64,000 nucleotides of DNA from Mayamaea pseudoterrestris (taxonomy: Eukaryota): positions 1,922,001-1,986,000 of the forward strand of contig BROI01000001.1 of assembly GCA_027923505.1 (NCBI GenBank), given 5' to 3'. Made by a program: the position numbers and the translations under genes. A model generated the notes under the pieces. That model was not told the origin of the DNA and made no database searches. It saw nothing but the letters and a program-made list of their open reading frames with translations. Positions 35,951-47,500 of the stretch are shown piece by piece. The stretch's first letter is position 1. Every line of letters begins with the position of its first letter.

Positions 35951-36120
35951 GTTGTAACGCTACGACAGGCGTGGGACAGGAGCTATGTACCTTTACCCTA
36001 AACATAATTATATAATATAATTGACAAAGCCTTGTTTTTATAAATAGACGAGCATGTTCAGTTATTTCGATTCGCAATGCACCATACGTACAAATGGAAA
36101 CTTACGCGAATATACAGTAC

Positions 36121-37695
36121 CTATTTTGCAGCTGCACGCTTCTTTTCAAGCTTCTCCATTGTGCCCGTCTTGAGAAATTCGACAATGTGCTCCGCATTCT
36201 TCTTGCCAATGCCAGGTACCTTCGTCTTGCCTTTGCTCAGTCCCATGGCATTGTCCTCAGTAATTTCATAGTCTACGTCCCGGATTGCCTCGGCGGCTCG
36301 TGTATAGGCACCAGCCACTCGTTGACGATCGCCTTGCCGCGACGATAAATCAACAAGTTCATGAAAAGCGCCCACCAATGGGGCATTCGCTTTGCACTTT
36401 ACCGTTGACAATTCAGCTTCTCGTCTTTCGGCCTCCATTTTCGCCTTAGTTTCCTTATAGCCAAAATCCCTTGCAACTTGTGGAACTAGGTCAGTGAAAG
36501 ACATGGACCTGTTCGACGCAATAATGCCACCTACCAAACGTTTTGCTTCGTTCGGATCCTCCGGCAAATCAATCTCGCGGTCGCACTTTTGGAGCAGATC
36601 GCACATGACCTCCGTCGCTTTCTTAATGCCACTATCGTGGGACAAGTCACCCTTGAAATCTTTCGCCTTTTCAACAAGCTTATTGATGGCGGGATCGTTT
36701 TTGGGGATTGGTTTACTAACAAGCGTGGCTTCTTCAATGAGACGAGTCATCTCAACTTCTTCTTCGGGCGTGGGTTCGCGGTCATACCTTCAGTCAACAG
36801 AGCAAGTGCCAGTAAGGAAACATATCCAGTTGGCCTACATTTAACTCTCAGATAAATTTAAAACTTACCAAGGCTGCCAGCGCGGACATTCCGATGTCGT
36901 TCCGCGGTATGGACATGGGATGCGTCGGCGACGGAGCTCATCGAAGGCTCCTGCACAAGCAACAGTGAACATGTCATCATGAATGACAAGATGTCCTCCA
37001 GCACACAGCCGACAACGAGCTAAACGACCATGCACGTGGCCATCCAGCACTCTGAGCACCAATTTGTGTTTTGGCCCAGTTTGGGCTTCTTTGTTCCACT
37101 TCAAAACCTCCTTTAAATCCTTTACTTTCATACCCTTGTATTTTCCATATGCTTGAGCCATTGCCTTGTCTTCGTCCCTAACTTGCGCGTCAGAACTTTC
37201 CTGCTTTTTGCGTTTGGCTGGTTTTTCCTGCTGCGTTTCGTCGTCACCTTCTTTGAGCAATTGTTCGTAAAGTGAAACAATCTGCTCGTACTTTTCTTTT
37301 CCTGAAATTGCCTCGTCACTTGGACTAGCCGGGTGCCGGTTTTCCAATGCTTCAACGACCTCGTCAAAACGGCCAGGCAGCACGGAACCGTCAGGAGAGC
37401 TGTCAGTCAAATGTTCCCTCACAAAGTCTTCCTCCGTTACACCTTCTTGACTCAAATGGCGAGGAAAAGGGAAGCAGTTAAGATGATACCAGCGCGTCAC
37501 CATGTAATCTCCTTCTCCAGGAGTGGTGATACCAATGCGTAATGTACCCTTCGCAATGCGCCGCCTGCACTTTCCTCTGCAAGTCGAGCGAGAACTGGAT
37601 GCGGGCTGTTTGGCGGGAGAAACCTTATGAGAACGAGTCAGTGATGCAGTTATGCCGCACAAGCTGTTGCTCACCTCTATAGTATAGTCAGGCAT
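36121..37695 (-). CDS. PARP-type zinc finger + PADR1-like + PolX 8-kDa HhH domain protein; 3 exons
   Basis: YTIE|PASSSRSTCRGKC...WYHLNC; DGHVHGRLARCRLC...CAGAFDE...C; AYTRAAEAI...VPGIGKK; introns 37606-37674 and 36788-36867. Confidence 0.8.
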
Positions 37696-38292
37696 CGTGA
37701 CCACAGTCGATAAACAGGAGATTAGACGGCACTTGTTAATACTTGTTGATAATAGTACTTGATTGAAAGCAACGATTTCCAGAGTGTTCGGAACGCTTTG
37801 CTCCTCTGTGGCGTTCGATGTTGTTTTGTATTGCTTGTGTGCGCTGCCCATAATGTGTTTTGCGAACGCCCATGATTCCTGATGCGAGCTGCCTGCCTGG
37901 GTGCTGGCGAAACATTATGGTCGCCCTAGTTTGCCAAATGATAGAAATAATCTCTGAATGCATTGTAAATAAGATGAAAGCCTCGGGACACTAATCGTCA
38001 AAGCTGCATACGTTAGTGATGGGACTTGTTGACGCCGCTGCCACGCCTGTTGCAGGGCCAGGAAATGAATTGTTGGGCTCCAAGGATCATAATAGTCAGT
38101 ATCGTCCCAAGTCGGAACACACACCAAAAGACATCGTAAAGTGATGGCGATACAAACTTCCCGTATAAACTTGTACAAGGAAATAAGTTAGTTACGATAG
38201 CTATTTGTCGTACTGATAACCAGTGCGACGCATTGGCCTGCCGATGATTGCGACAGAAACGAGAGCATCAACGATCCTCATCATCTTTTACC

Positions 38293-39489
38293 ATGACAAT
38301 TTTCGATCATCGCTCGCCTCGCCCCTTGACATGTTTAGTCTTGGCACTTAACTTGTCTAGCTGCCTTGCATTTCACTTTTCATCGGCTCGAAGGACTCCA
38401 AGCTTTTTGTGCTTGCAGCAAAGCAGCAGTCATGAAGCTTTTGGACGGAGAAATCTTGAGAAACATGAGGCTAGCGGCAGCAACAATGGCCCCAACGAAG
38501 AGACATTTGGTGCAATGGACGAAGAACTTAGTTCGGCGTCGTCGTCTAGGCGATCTGTTTTGATTTCATCTACAACCTTGCTGACAGCAGCTGCTTCGAT
38601 CATTGCTGCGCCTGACGCTTATGCAGCTTCGACATTGGATCAAAGTGCACCATCAAGACAATCTGCAGCAACCTTGATTGCACCCAATCCTACCATTACA
38701 AACAAGGTTCAATTCAACATTCGCATCTCCCGCCCCGATGGATCCTTTTACATTCGCGACGATGACGCCAATGAAGCCGAAATTGATCGCGTTTTTTACT
38801 GCCGCCTCGTGGTTGGACTCTTTGGCCGAGACGTTCCCAATCACGTTCAGCGCTTTCTGTCGTATTGCATTTTGACGCAGCAGCAGCAAGCATCAGATGC
38901 CGACCAATCGCTCATTTCGTATTCAAACAGCATGGTCACTGGCATTGATCCTGCGACGGGTTTGCTGCAAGCTGGCGTCGTGCCGTCATTGCGAGTGACA
39001 TTGGCTGTTGCCGGTTCAACAACGGCAATCGAATATCGGGGGCGACTCTTGCCAGCGTCACTGTGGCTGGACAAGGTTCCAAATCAGAGCACAACGTCAA
39101 CGCAGCAGCAGCAACCGCGACGACTTTCGCACGTTGGCAAAGGTTTGCTCACACACGCCAAACTTGATGCCACGCCAGCCTTTGGCATTACCACACGCAC
39201 CGATACGCGCGAGCTGGATGTATCGCACCAAGTGTTTGGACGCATACTGTTTGACGAATCCGATGGAGCCACCGAGTTTTTGGAGCGCGCCCGCGACTTG
39301 CCAACCTACTCGCTCGAACGGCCAGCCAGTGACGACACACCAGTGGAAGCTGCGGCGGATGCCGTCTTTGCGGCGCAGCGAACCTTCTTTCGCAGTCTGG
39401 CGAAGAATGTTGGTGATACGCGACTGGACAAGGTATACGCAGGCAAATTTTTGAGGCGGATTGAAGTTACGCAAGTGTCAATATTATAA
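38293..39489 (+). CDS. Thylakoid-lumen cyclophilin-like protein (CYP28-like)
   Basis: Signal plus CLA-FHF motif, SRR twin-arginine and AYA lumen signal; RLVVGLFGRDVP...RF, FGITT, LD...QVFGRI. Confidence 0.75.
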   Translation: MTIFDHRSPRPLTCLVLALNLSSCLAFHFSSARRTPSFLCLQQSSSHEAFGRRNLEKHEASGSNNGPNEETFGAMDEELSSASSSRRSVLISSTTLLTAAASIIAAPDAYAASTLDQSAPSRQSAATLIAPNPTITNKVQFNIRISRPDGSFYIRDDDANEAEIDRVFYCRLVVGLFGRDVPNHVQRFLSYCILTQQQQASDADQSLISYSNSMVTGIDPATGLLQAGVVPSLRVTLAVAGSTTAIEYRGRLLPASLWLDKVPNQSTTSTQQQQPRRLSHVGKGLLTHAKLDATPAFGITTRTDTRELDVSHQVFGRILFDESDGATEFLERARDLPTYSLERPASDDTPVEAAADAVFAAQRTFFRSLAKNVGDTRLDKVYAGKFLRRIEVTQVSIL

Positions 39490-39960
39490 GTAAAAGTAAA
39501 GCTGTTGCTCTCTTCGACAATCAAGCTATAATCAAAAGAATTTTAAAATTTGCCTGGATTGTACAGTACATGAAGATTCTTGTGACTTGGCCGAGGTGTT
39601 GACGAGCATTGCGAGAAGAGTTTACCATAGCTAAAACACCCAACTTATACAATGCAGATGAAAAGAAACTTTCGGGCAGGAGAGGAAGCTATTTCAACAC
39701 TAGACTGATATGCAGCTGATGGAAAAGATGTTCGTTAAAACTAAATGGATTGTATATATTTTACTTTGAACTGATGCAGCCAAGTGCTGCTGATCTCCAA
39801 ACCGAAGTTACAAGTTCATGAACAAAATTACACTGATGATGCATCCAAAAGCAAGACTATATCTGACGTCATTCTACGTGGCAAAAGTTACGTGCTGTCA
39901 ATGCATGATTGCATTTATCGTGTCTGCTCAATGATTATTGAAAGATGAACCACATTCTCC

Positions 39961-40960
39961 TCAGTACAATTGCTCCAACAGCACCTCCCTGATGAAATCG
40001 ATTTGATCGATCTGTAACAGATTGCAAGTTAGTATCACATGGGCCAAGCATAAACCAATAGGCAAGCATAATATATGCACTTACATGAATCATTTGGTTG
40101 CAGGAGCATTGACAGACTTCGCATTGGCACTCGTTTGTTTCCGCGTCAATCAATGCCCCAGGCGTCTTGCTGCATTCCTTGCAGTTGCCTCCATCGGTTT
40201 GGCTCGTACACTTGACCCGGTAGCAGTAGCAGTTAATGGTAATTGGTAGCAACGTTGGCTTGGGTGGCATGCGAGTGATTCCCAACTTGGCGCGCGCAGC
40301 AGCCCGGTCGCGCTCAAATTCCTTGACGATAATGTCGTGCGTCTGGAGCTTTTCAACGCTTCTGTGATGATTCGCTATATTCTCAGCTCCTTGGCGCATG
40401 TTGGAGTGCTGACAAAGGTAGCAGAATGACCAAGGCGGGTAAAGTTCGCACTCAGACGGGTTGAATGGAAGCAATTGCTCCGACCGTTGCTCCGACTTTG
40501 ACGGATCATAAAAGGCAGACGTGAGCTTTTTCAGCTTTGCGTCTCGGGCGTCGTTCTCCACCAGCAAAGCAAGTTTGTAAAGGTCTCGCCAAGCGTCACT
40601 GTCGGCCTTTAATATACATTTTGCTTCGGAAGCCTTGACAATGAGCGCAATCTTACACAGCCGTGCCAAGTGCGGCGCCGACTGATCCTGCGTCATGCGC
40701 TTAATAGACATTTGAGGCAAGGCACTAACGAAATCTTGGCTCAATCCTGCCAAATCCGTCTTGCGGAAAATCATTAATTTCAAGTCATCTTGCTCGGAAA
40801 TGAGAGATTCCAGCAACTTTTGTCGCGCAGGCGCGTCGAAGCCAGCAAAGCGCACATCCTCGAGCCGCTTCGTCATTTCCTCGAGGGTCACCTTGACGTC
40901 TTTTGGCTCGCAGTGACGCTTCAAAAGCTGATTTAGCCGTGGGTCGGTTTTCGTCGCCAT
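39961..40960 (-). CDS. Hypothetical Cys-rich protein; 2 exons
   Basis: ATG 40960; CYLCQH, CYCYRVKC, GGNCKEC, CQCEVCQCSC; intron 40012-40084 gives the in-frame end IDQIDFIREVLLEQLY*. Confidence 0.6.
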
Positions 40961-41209
40961 GGTGACAAAAGTTGTGGCTGCTCGATCATGTCCATGCAAC
41001 GCAACCTTGCAAGTGTGGGTATATCGCGTTGCGTTGCAATTGTGTCGCATCATCAATGCACGAGTCCCCAAGCGACCTGGACTCGCGCTACGACATTTTT
41101 TAAATCGAAACGCGATGAAGTCGGCGATCACCATGTGGCAGAAACGTAGCAACGACACCAGTTCGCAGCAGAAACAACTTGGTATAATCTCCTCCAAGAT
41201 AGAGCCACA

Positions 41210-42388
41210 ATGTCAAAGCCATTTGCATCCGATTTCGTCATCATGCCGCCGCCATCGGCTCCTATGGAAGCAGAAAATGATGCAAATCCTGCCGAACATC
41301 AGAATGCACCCACGGAGCAGCTTCCGGACACGACAATGCTTTCAAATGAATCCTTCCTAGCACTGGAGCAGCAAGGATACACGCCAGGTCTCATTGATTC
41401 TCTCGTTGAAAACAACCGAGTCTTTTACAAGTCAATTTGGATCATTGACAACAGCGGCAGCATGTCCGCCATGGATGGCCATCGCTTGGTTGGAACATTG
41501 GATCGCAAGCAAGTGCGACTGGTCCAATGCACGCGCTGGAAGGAGCTGCAGGAGACGGTCGAGTACCATGCGCAACTCGCCGCCCTGCTGCAGCGACCGA
41601 CGCAGTTTCGGCTGTTGAACGATCCTGGTCGGAACGTGGGGCCGCAGCATTTCAGTGTGGCCGAGGTGGCGAACGAAACGTTTCTGCGGCAAGATTTGGA
41701 GGTGGTGCGGTCCGTCATGGAGCATGCGACTCCCTCGGGCGTCACGCCCTTGACGAAACATTTGGAGCAGGTGCTGGAGCATGTGCAGTCGTTGCAACAG
41801 ACGTTGACGCAAACTGGAACAAAGGTTGTGCTTGTGATTTGTTCCGATGGCATTCCAACGGACGATGAAGGCTACACTGGTCGAGACATTCAACAGCAGT
41901 TTATCAATATGCTTCGGCAGTTTCAAAGGCTTAACATTTGGATTGTTGTGCGACTATGCACGGACGAGGATCACGTGGTTCAGTTTTGGAACGACCTTGA
42001 CAGTCAACTTGAAATGAGTCTTGAAGTTTTGGACGACTTTTCCGGCGAAGCAGTGGAAGTGCATGAACACAACCCGTGGTTAAACTACGCGCTGCCCTTG
42101 CATCGTATGCGGGAATTCGGGTTTCATTCCAAGCTGTTTGACCTGTTGGACGAACGACAGTTGACAATCGATGAGGTCCACGACTTTTGTCGAATCGTTT
42201 TTGGTGACGCGAACATGCAGGGCTTGCCCGATCCGCATCTTGATTTTAAAGCGTTTGTTGCACAGCTGGATCTTGTTAACAGGAAGAGAGAGCAGTGGTG
42301 CCCTGTTACCAAGAGGTTGGAGCCTTGGATTAATGTGCGCGTTCTAAGAAAGTTGTACGGAGGAAGTTCGTGGTGGCCTTTTTGGTAA
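41210..42388 (+). CDS. von Willebrand factor A domain protein
   Basis: MIDAS DNSGSM, TPL, ICSDGIP, EVLDD. Confidence 0.85.
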   Translation: MSKPFASDFVIMPPPSAPMEAENDANPAEHQNAPTEQLPDTTMLSNESFLALEQQGYTPGLIDSLVENNRVFYKSIWIIDNSGSMSAMDGHRLVGTLDRKQVRLVQCTRWKELQETVEYHAQLAALLQRPTQFRLLNDPGRNVGPQHFSVAEVANETFLRQDLEVVRSVMEHATPSGVTPLTKHLEQVLEHVQSLQQTLTQTGTKVVLVICSDGIPTDDEGYTGRDIQQQFINMLRQFQRLNIWIVVRLCTDEDHVVQFWNDLDSQLEMSLEVLDDFSGEAVEVHEHNPWLNYALPLHRMREFGFHSKLFDLLDERQLTIDEVHDFCRIVFGDANMQGLPDPHLDFKAFVAQLDLVNRKREQWCPVTKRLEPWINVRVLRKLYGGSSWWPFW

Positions 42389-42675
42389 AAGACTCAGTAG
42401 CTATCATAACACTTTACTTACGTAAGTTCCTTCTTGTATCTTGTAGGTATGGCGGTAGTAGGTATGAGTCTCTTTCAATTCAAAACGAGCAGTAGTTGTT
42501 GGCGTTTGACAGCATTAGGCTTTCTGAGATTTCCGTTATACATGCATTTCATAATCTCGCTTCTCGCTACCGGTACAACAAATCGAAGCATTCGCGCGCA
42601 CGCAGTGTTCTTTTCTATAAAGCTATTTACGAATTGTAATGGCTTATTAGTTGACCATACGATATTAAATTACGC

Positions 42676-44099
42676 TCAACTTGAATCAGGCTTCGACATA
42701 TCCGCTTGCATGCCGCCGCTCGTCTTCTTCTCTTCAACCTCAGTATCCGCCTGACCGAGCATTTTAAAAAGCGAGGCTTGGATGACGCGTTGCCGTTCAG
42801 CAGTCATGCCCATTTCTTCGTGGTCATAGCCCATGGCACCGCTGCCATTGCCACTTCTGGGAGCCTCCTTTGGTCGTCGCTGACGTTGTGCTTGCTGCCG
42901 CTTTGCGTACATTTCAAAGTACCATGGCGGAAACATGAGATTCATTGAAGCTGGTACTGGGAGTGCCCAAGTGTCTGGAATTTGCAGGCAAGTCTGCAGA
43001 AAAATGCTGGCCGAATCAAATAGGAACTTGGGGCGTGGCGAATTGTGATCGCCTTCGACAATTATAATGTTCTTGTCGCCCGCATATTTGTAGTGCAGTT
43101 GCTCCGAATGATGCTTCTTGATAAAATCATCATGCTCCCCAGCGACAAAGAGTGCAGGAATAAAGCACTTGTCAGCATGTGAAATGGGCGAAATAGCCTT
43201 GATGTTGAACCCGCCTTGCTTCTTGACCGATCCCTTCAGAAAGTTAATGGCCACCGACACGACAAAGCCAGGAACGACAATACCTTGCTCCCTGCCTTTC
43301 TCGACCATCTCTTCGCAAAGCTGCGTCAAGTCGGCAAAGGGACTGTCCAAAATCATGCAGGCAATACTCGGATCCCGAGAACCAAACATCAATGCGGTAG
43401 CCGCGCCCATACTCCGACCCCACAAGGCAATCGTACTGACAACATTCGTTGCTCGCAAATGAGCAACAATGCAGCTCAAATCTTCTCTTTCATAATAACC
43501 AAGACTCACGTACTCGCCATCACTCTTGCCCGAACCAGCAAAGTCAAAGGCAAACACGGCAACCCCCAGTCCCAAAAGGTAACTCAATTGCGGAATCACC
43601 TCCACTCGCGCACTGCTATTACCATGCATGTAGATTACCACTGGAATTCGGTCAGCTTCACGCTCTACAGGCTCCCAATGTGAGCATTCCAAGCTAAAGC
43701 CCCGTTTCGTGCGCAACGTAAAGTCTGTCCGTGTGAATCTCTTGCCACAAAAAGTAAAGGCTGGTGGTCCCAAGGCTTCCATCTGCAGATTAAAGATCAG
43801 ATATTATAAAATGAGATCCATTCTACTAAATAGACTCTAACGCAATATAGAACGCAATTCGCTGGCAAACCGTATGCGATGGAGCACATAATAGTGGTCA
43901 TCGCAAAAACATTCGAACTCAGAATCATCAGCTTCCGTGCAGTTGCAGCGAGTATCAAATTGACAGATGCACTGCATATTTAATTCATACCTTATAATCA
44001 GCTCTTGGAGGTCGAATAATTGCATTCACAAGCTCCTGGTATCCCATCTTTGCCATTTGAACGTAGGACAATTTCTTGTTGCCATTGGCAGCTGCAGCC
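42676..44099 (-). CDS. Alpha/beta hydrolase (YqkD/ABHD-like); first exon abuts the Copia LTR
   Basis: IIRPPRADYK|MEALGP across intron 43783-43990; HGNSS, DFAGSGKSDG, GRSMG, GDHNS; frame open up to the LTR, in-frame ATG at 44056. Confidence 0.88.
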
Positions 44100-44310
44100 T
44101 GTTGAGCATGGATGAGAACCCAAACCGAAGCGGCAGCGGTGACGTCACGAAGACGGTCACATTTAAGTAAGCGCGGTAAGCGGCAACCGAAGGAGTGGAT
44201 CGAGGACGATCACTTCTTGGAGAAAATAAGTAAAGTGGTTTTATTGACTCTGTTCTGCTTAATCATTAGTGTCGCTTCAAGGGCGCGCAAGATATATTCT
44301 AGATCCAACA
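44100..44310 (+). repeat. Copia LTR 1, 211 bp
   Basis: Same sequence as 44356-44566 and 50543-50753. Confidence 0.95.
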
Positions 44311-44355
44311 TTTTCTCCAAGAAGCGAGTGAAAAGACATGTCTTCGACGAGCAAC

Positions 44356-44566
44356 TGTTGAGCATGGATGAGAACCCAAACCGAAGCGGCAGCGGTGACG
44401 TCACGAAGACGGTCACATTTAAGTAAGCGCGGTAAGCGGCAACCGAAGGAGTGGATCGAGGACGATCACTTCTTGGAGAAAATAAGTAAAGTGGTTTTAT
44501 TGACTCTGTTCTGCTTAATCATTAGTGTCGCTTCAAGGGCGCGCAAGATATATTCTAGATCCAACA
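44356..44566 (+). repeat. Copia LTR 2 (5' LTR of the full internal region), 211 bp
   Basis: 256-bp tandem repeat of LTR plus leader. Confidence 0.95.
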
Positions 44567-44580
44567 TTTTCTCCAAGAAG
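44566..44580 (+). promoter_or_regulatory. Non-tRNA primer-binding site complementary to the element's own LTR (44469-44483)
   Basis: ATTTTCTCCAAGAAG is the exact reverse complement of CTTCTTGGAGAAAAT. Confidence 0.75.
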
Positions 44581-44593
44581 CGAGTGAAAAGAC

Positions 44594-47500
44594 ATGTCTT
44601 CGACGAGCAATACTCCGACGACAGGAGCGGCGTCGAGCGGTGGAGGTGCACCTCCCGCTCCGCCAGCAAGCGAAGGAAACCGACGCAACCGTCATTATCG
44701 TCGTGGGAATCGTGCTGGGAATCGTTCCGGGAATCAAGGCAATGGTAACAGACTCAACGGACCGAGTCGTGCGCCGAGTGGAAATTTCCAAGGAAGCGAG
44801 CCGACGCTCGCTGGATTCATCTACGACTATAACGGTTCGCGCGATCCCGATGGATTCATCCGTACGACGAACGAGATCATCACTTTCGTCGGGCGCTCCT
44901 ACAAGAAATATACCAAGGAGCTGCTCAAGGGCATGCGCAACGTGGAACTGGAGATTCCTGACGAGCCTGCACGTCCAACGAAGGATGCCGACACGACGGA
45001 CTCGGACTGGTCCATAATGCTCGAGGAATACAAGGCCGACAAGAAAGAGCATGTCGAGCGCGTGCGTGTATACTCCGACTTCCTCGCTGGTCTCTACGCC
45101 GTGTTGCATGGACAATGCACGGAGCGTATGAAGGATCGTGTCAAGTCGCACGCCAAGTTCCGAGACGCCGAGGAGGACACGGACGGAATTAAGTTGCTGG
45201 CGATTATCAAGGAGATCTCGCATACGTACGAAGGGCGCTGCAAACTTGTGGATCAAGTCGTGGACATTCAAGCTGAGTTGTTCGGACGTACTCAAGGGAG
45301 CGCGCGAAAGCCTGCAGAAATATTACGAAAGCATGGTCACGCTGGCAGACGTGGCGAAGGCGGTTGGCGTCACGATGCACAACGAGATTGTGGCGTTGAA
45401 CATTGCCAAGGATGACAATCGTAACAAGGCGAACAAGGAGGATATCAAGGCCGCCGAAGAGCTCGAGCTTGCGATGCTTTTCGTGCGTGGCGCAACGGGC
45501 GAATACGCTGGGTATTGCAAGCACTTGCGCAACTGCTACCTCGACGGGCACGACAACTTCCCGTTGACGATCCACGATGCATACAACATCATGCAGCGTC
45601 GTGAGCATGCGGATGGAGAAGCCACGTTGCCAACGAACGAGGGCGTGGCGTTTCACACGACTGGTACAGCGCGTGACCCTCCCAGATGCTGGACCTGTCA
45701 ACAGGTTGGTCATGTGCAGCGAGACTGTCCTACGAGAACGGAGTCTACGGAGAGTGCGCCGGCTGCAGAGGCTAGTGGGGCGCAGCACTTCACGCTGGGT
45801 AGCGAGGAAGAAAGCGATGACGACGATGAGGTCGGATACATGTTCGCGCAGCCGCCGAAGGTGAACATCTCGAAGAAGGCTGTGCTCTGGACAATCAGTC
45901 GACAGTGGATCTGTTCTGCAACGCCAAGATGCTGACGAACATTCGCCCGGTGCCAACGTGGATGGTGATCATGGCCAACGCTGGTACAGTAAGGACGAAC
46001 ATGATGGGCGACCTGGAGGGCTATGGTCCGGTGTGGTGGTATCCGCAGGGACTGGCGAACATTTTGAGTTTGGCGCAAGTCCGCAAGAAGTTTACCGTGG
46101 AGTATCTCATGCACGGCGTGGATCGTCCAATGTTCGTTGTGGAGAAGCCGGATGGTAAGCAGCGAGAGTTTGTCGAGACTGACTCTGGGCTGTATGTTTG
46201 CGAGAGCTTTTCGAAGGGCAAGCGCAGCGATGTCAAGGATGGAGTGGCGATGTTGACTACGGTAGACGATAACCGTACTAACTACACCAATGATGACTAT
46301 TTACGCGCTGTTAGAGCTAGGGAACTGCAAATCAAAATTGGACGGCCAAGCCTCAAGGATTACCTGCGCATCGTTACTAGCAATCAGTTGCCGAACTGTC
46401 CTGTGACGAAGGCCGACATCCTGGCTGCTGAGCACATCTTTGGACCAGATGTTGGCTCGTTAAAAGGAAAGACGACGCGTCGCGCGTCGCATCTGGTGAA
46501 GCCTGCGATTGTTGAGACGCTTCCACCGGCTATCATGAGTCGCTATCGAGACGTTACTCTTTGTGCTGACATCATGTATATCAACAAAGTCCCTATGTTG
46601 GTGACGTTCTCCCGCAGCATTCGTTTTGCTACGGTTGAGGTGATTCAAAACCGTACGCTTCCGGTTATGTTGAAGGCAATCGAGTCTGTGTTGAAGATTT
46701 ACGCACGCGGTGGGTTCCGTGTCGTCGCGGCTCTGATGGATGGGGAGTTCGCTCCAATGCTTGGCGCGTTGGCTGATCTCGGAGTGGCGCTCAATGCGAC
46801 ATCTGAGGATGAACACGTTGGCGAAATTGAACGTTTTATCCGTGTCGTGAAAGAACGGGTGCGCGCGACATACAACACGTTGCCATTTAAGCACGTGCCG
46901 GCACGCTTGGTTATCGAAATGACGAAGTCTGCCGTGTTTTGGTTGAATGCGTTTCCGAACGAGCGTGGCATTTCGAAGGATCTCAGTCCACGCACTATTG
47001 TGACTGGTCAGACAGTTGACTTTAATCGGCATTGCAAGTATGAATTTGGTCAGTATGTGCAAACGCATGAGTCGCACAGCAATGACATGCAGGCGCGCAC
47101 GATCGGTGCGCTGGCTCTGCGCCCGACTGGTAATGTGCAGGGTGGGTTTTATTTCCTCAGTTTGTCTTCGGGCAAAGTTCTGAATCGTGGGCACGCTACG
47201 CCTTTGCCCATGCCTGATGATGTCATTGAGCGCGTGCATCGTCTCGCTCGTCAACAGAAGGCCAATCCGGGCATCGTGTTCATGGACCGCCACCGTGTTG
47301 CGGAGGCTGCTGAGCCAGTCAGTGGCACGAAGATGACGCCGAGGATGATGATGACTCTGATTATGATGACGACGCTTCTCGCGGTGACGACGACTCTGCC
47401 GGCGGAAGCGAAGGAGTGAATGCGACCGATGACGACGACGACGACGACGATGGTGCTGACGGCGCAATCGAAGGAGTGCCGAACGACGAGGATGGTGAGG

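Noticed and set aside
31472..37695. Functional DNA-repair cluster (RING, SWSAP1-like, PARP-zf protein)
   Set aside because: Interrupted by TOM70, mixed orientation; chance adjacency suffices without synteny data
45290..47420. Programmed ribosomal frameshifts in the Copia gag-pol
   Set aside because: Multiple single-base indels of both signs inside conserved domains fit sequencing error or decay better than recoding
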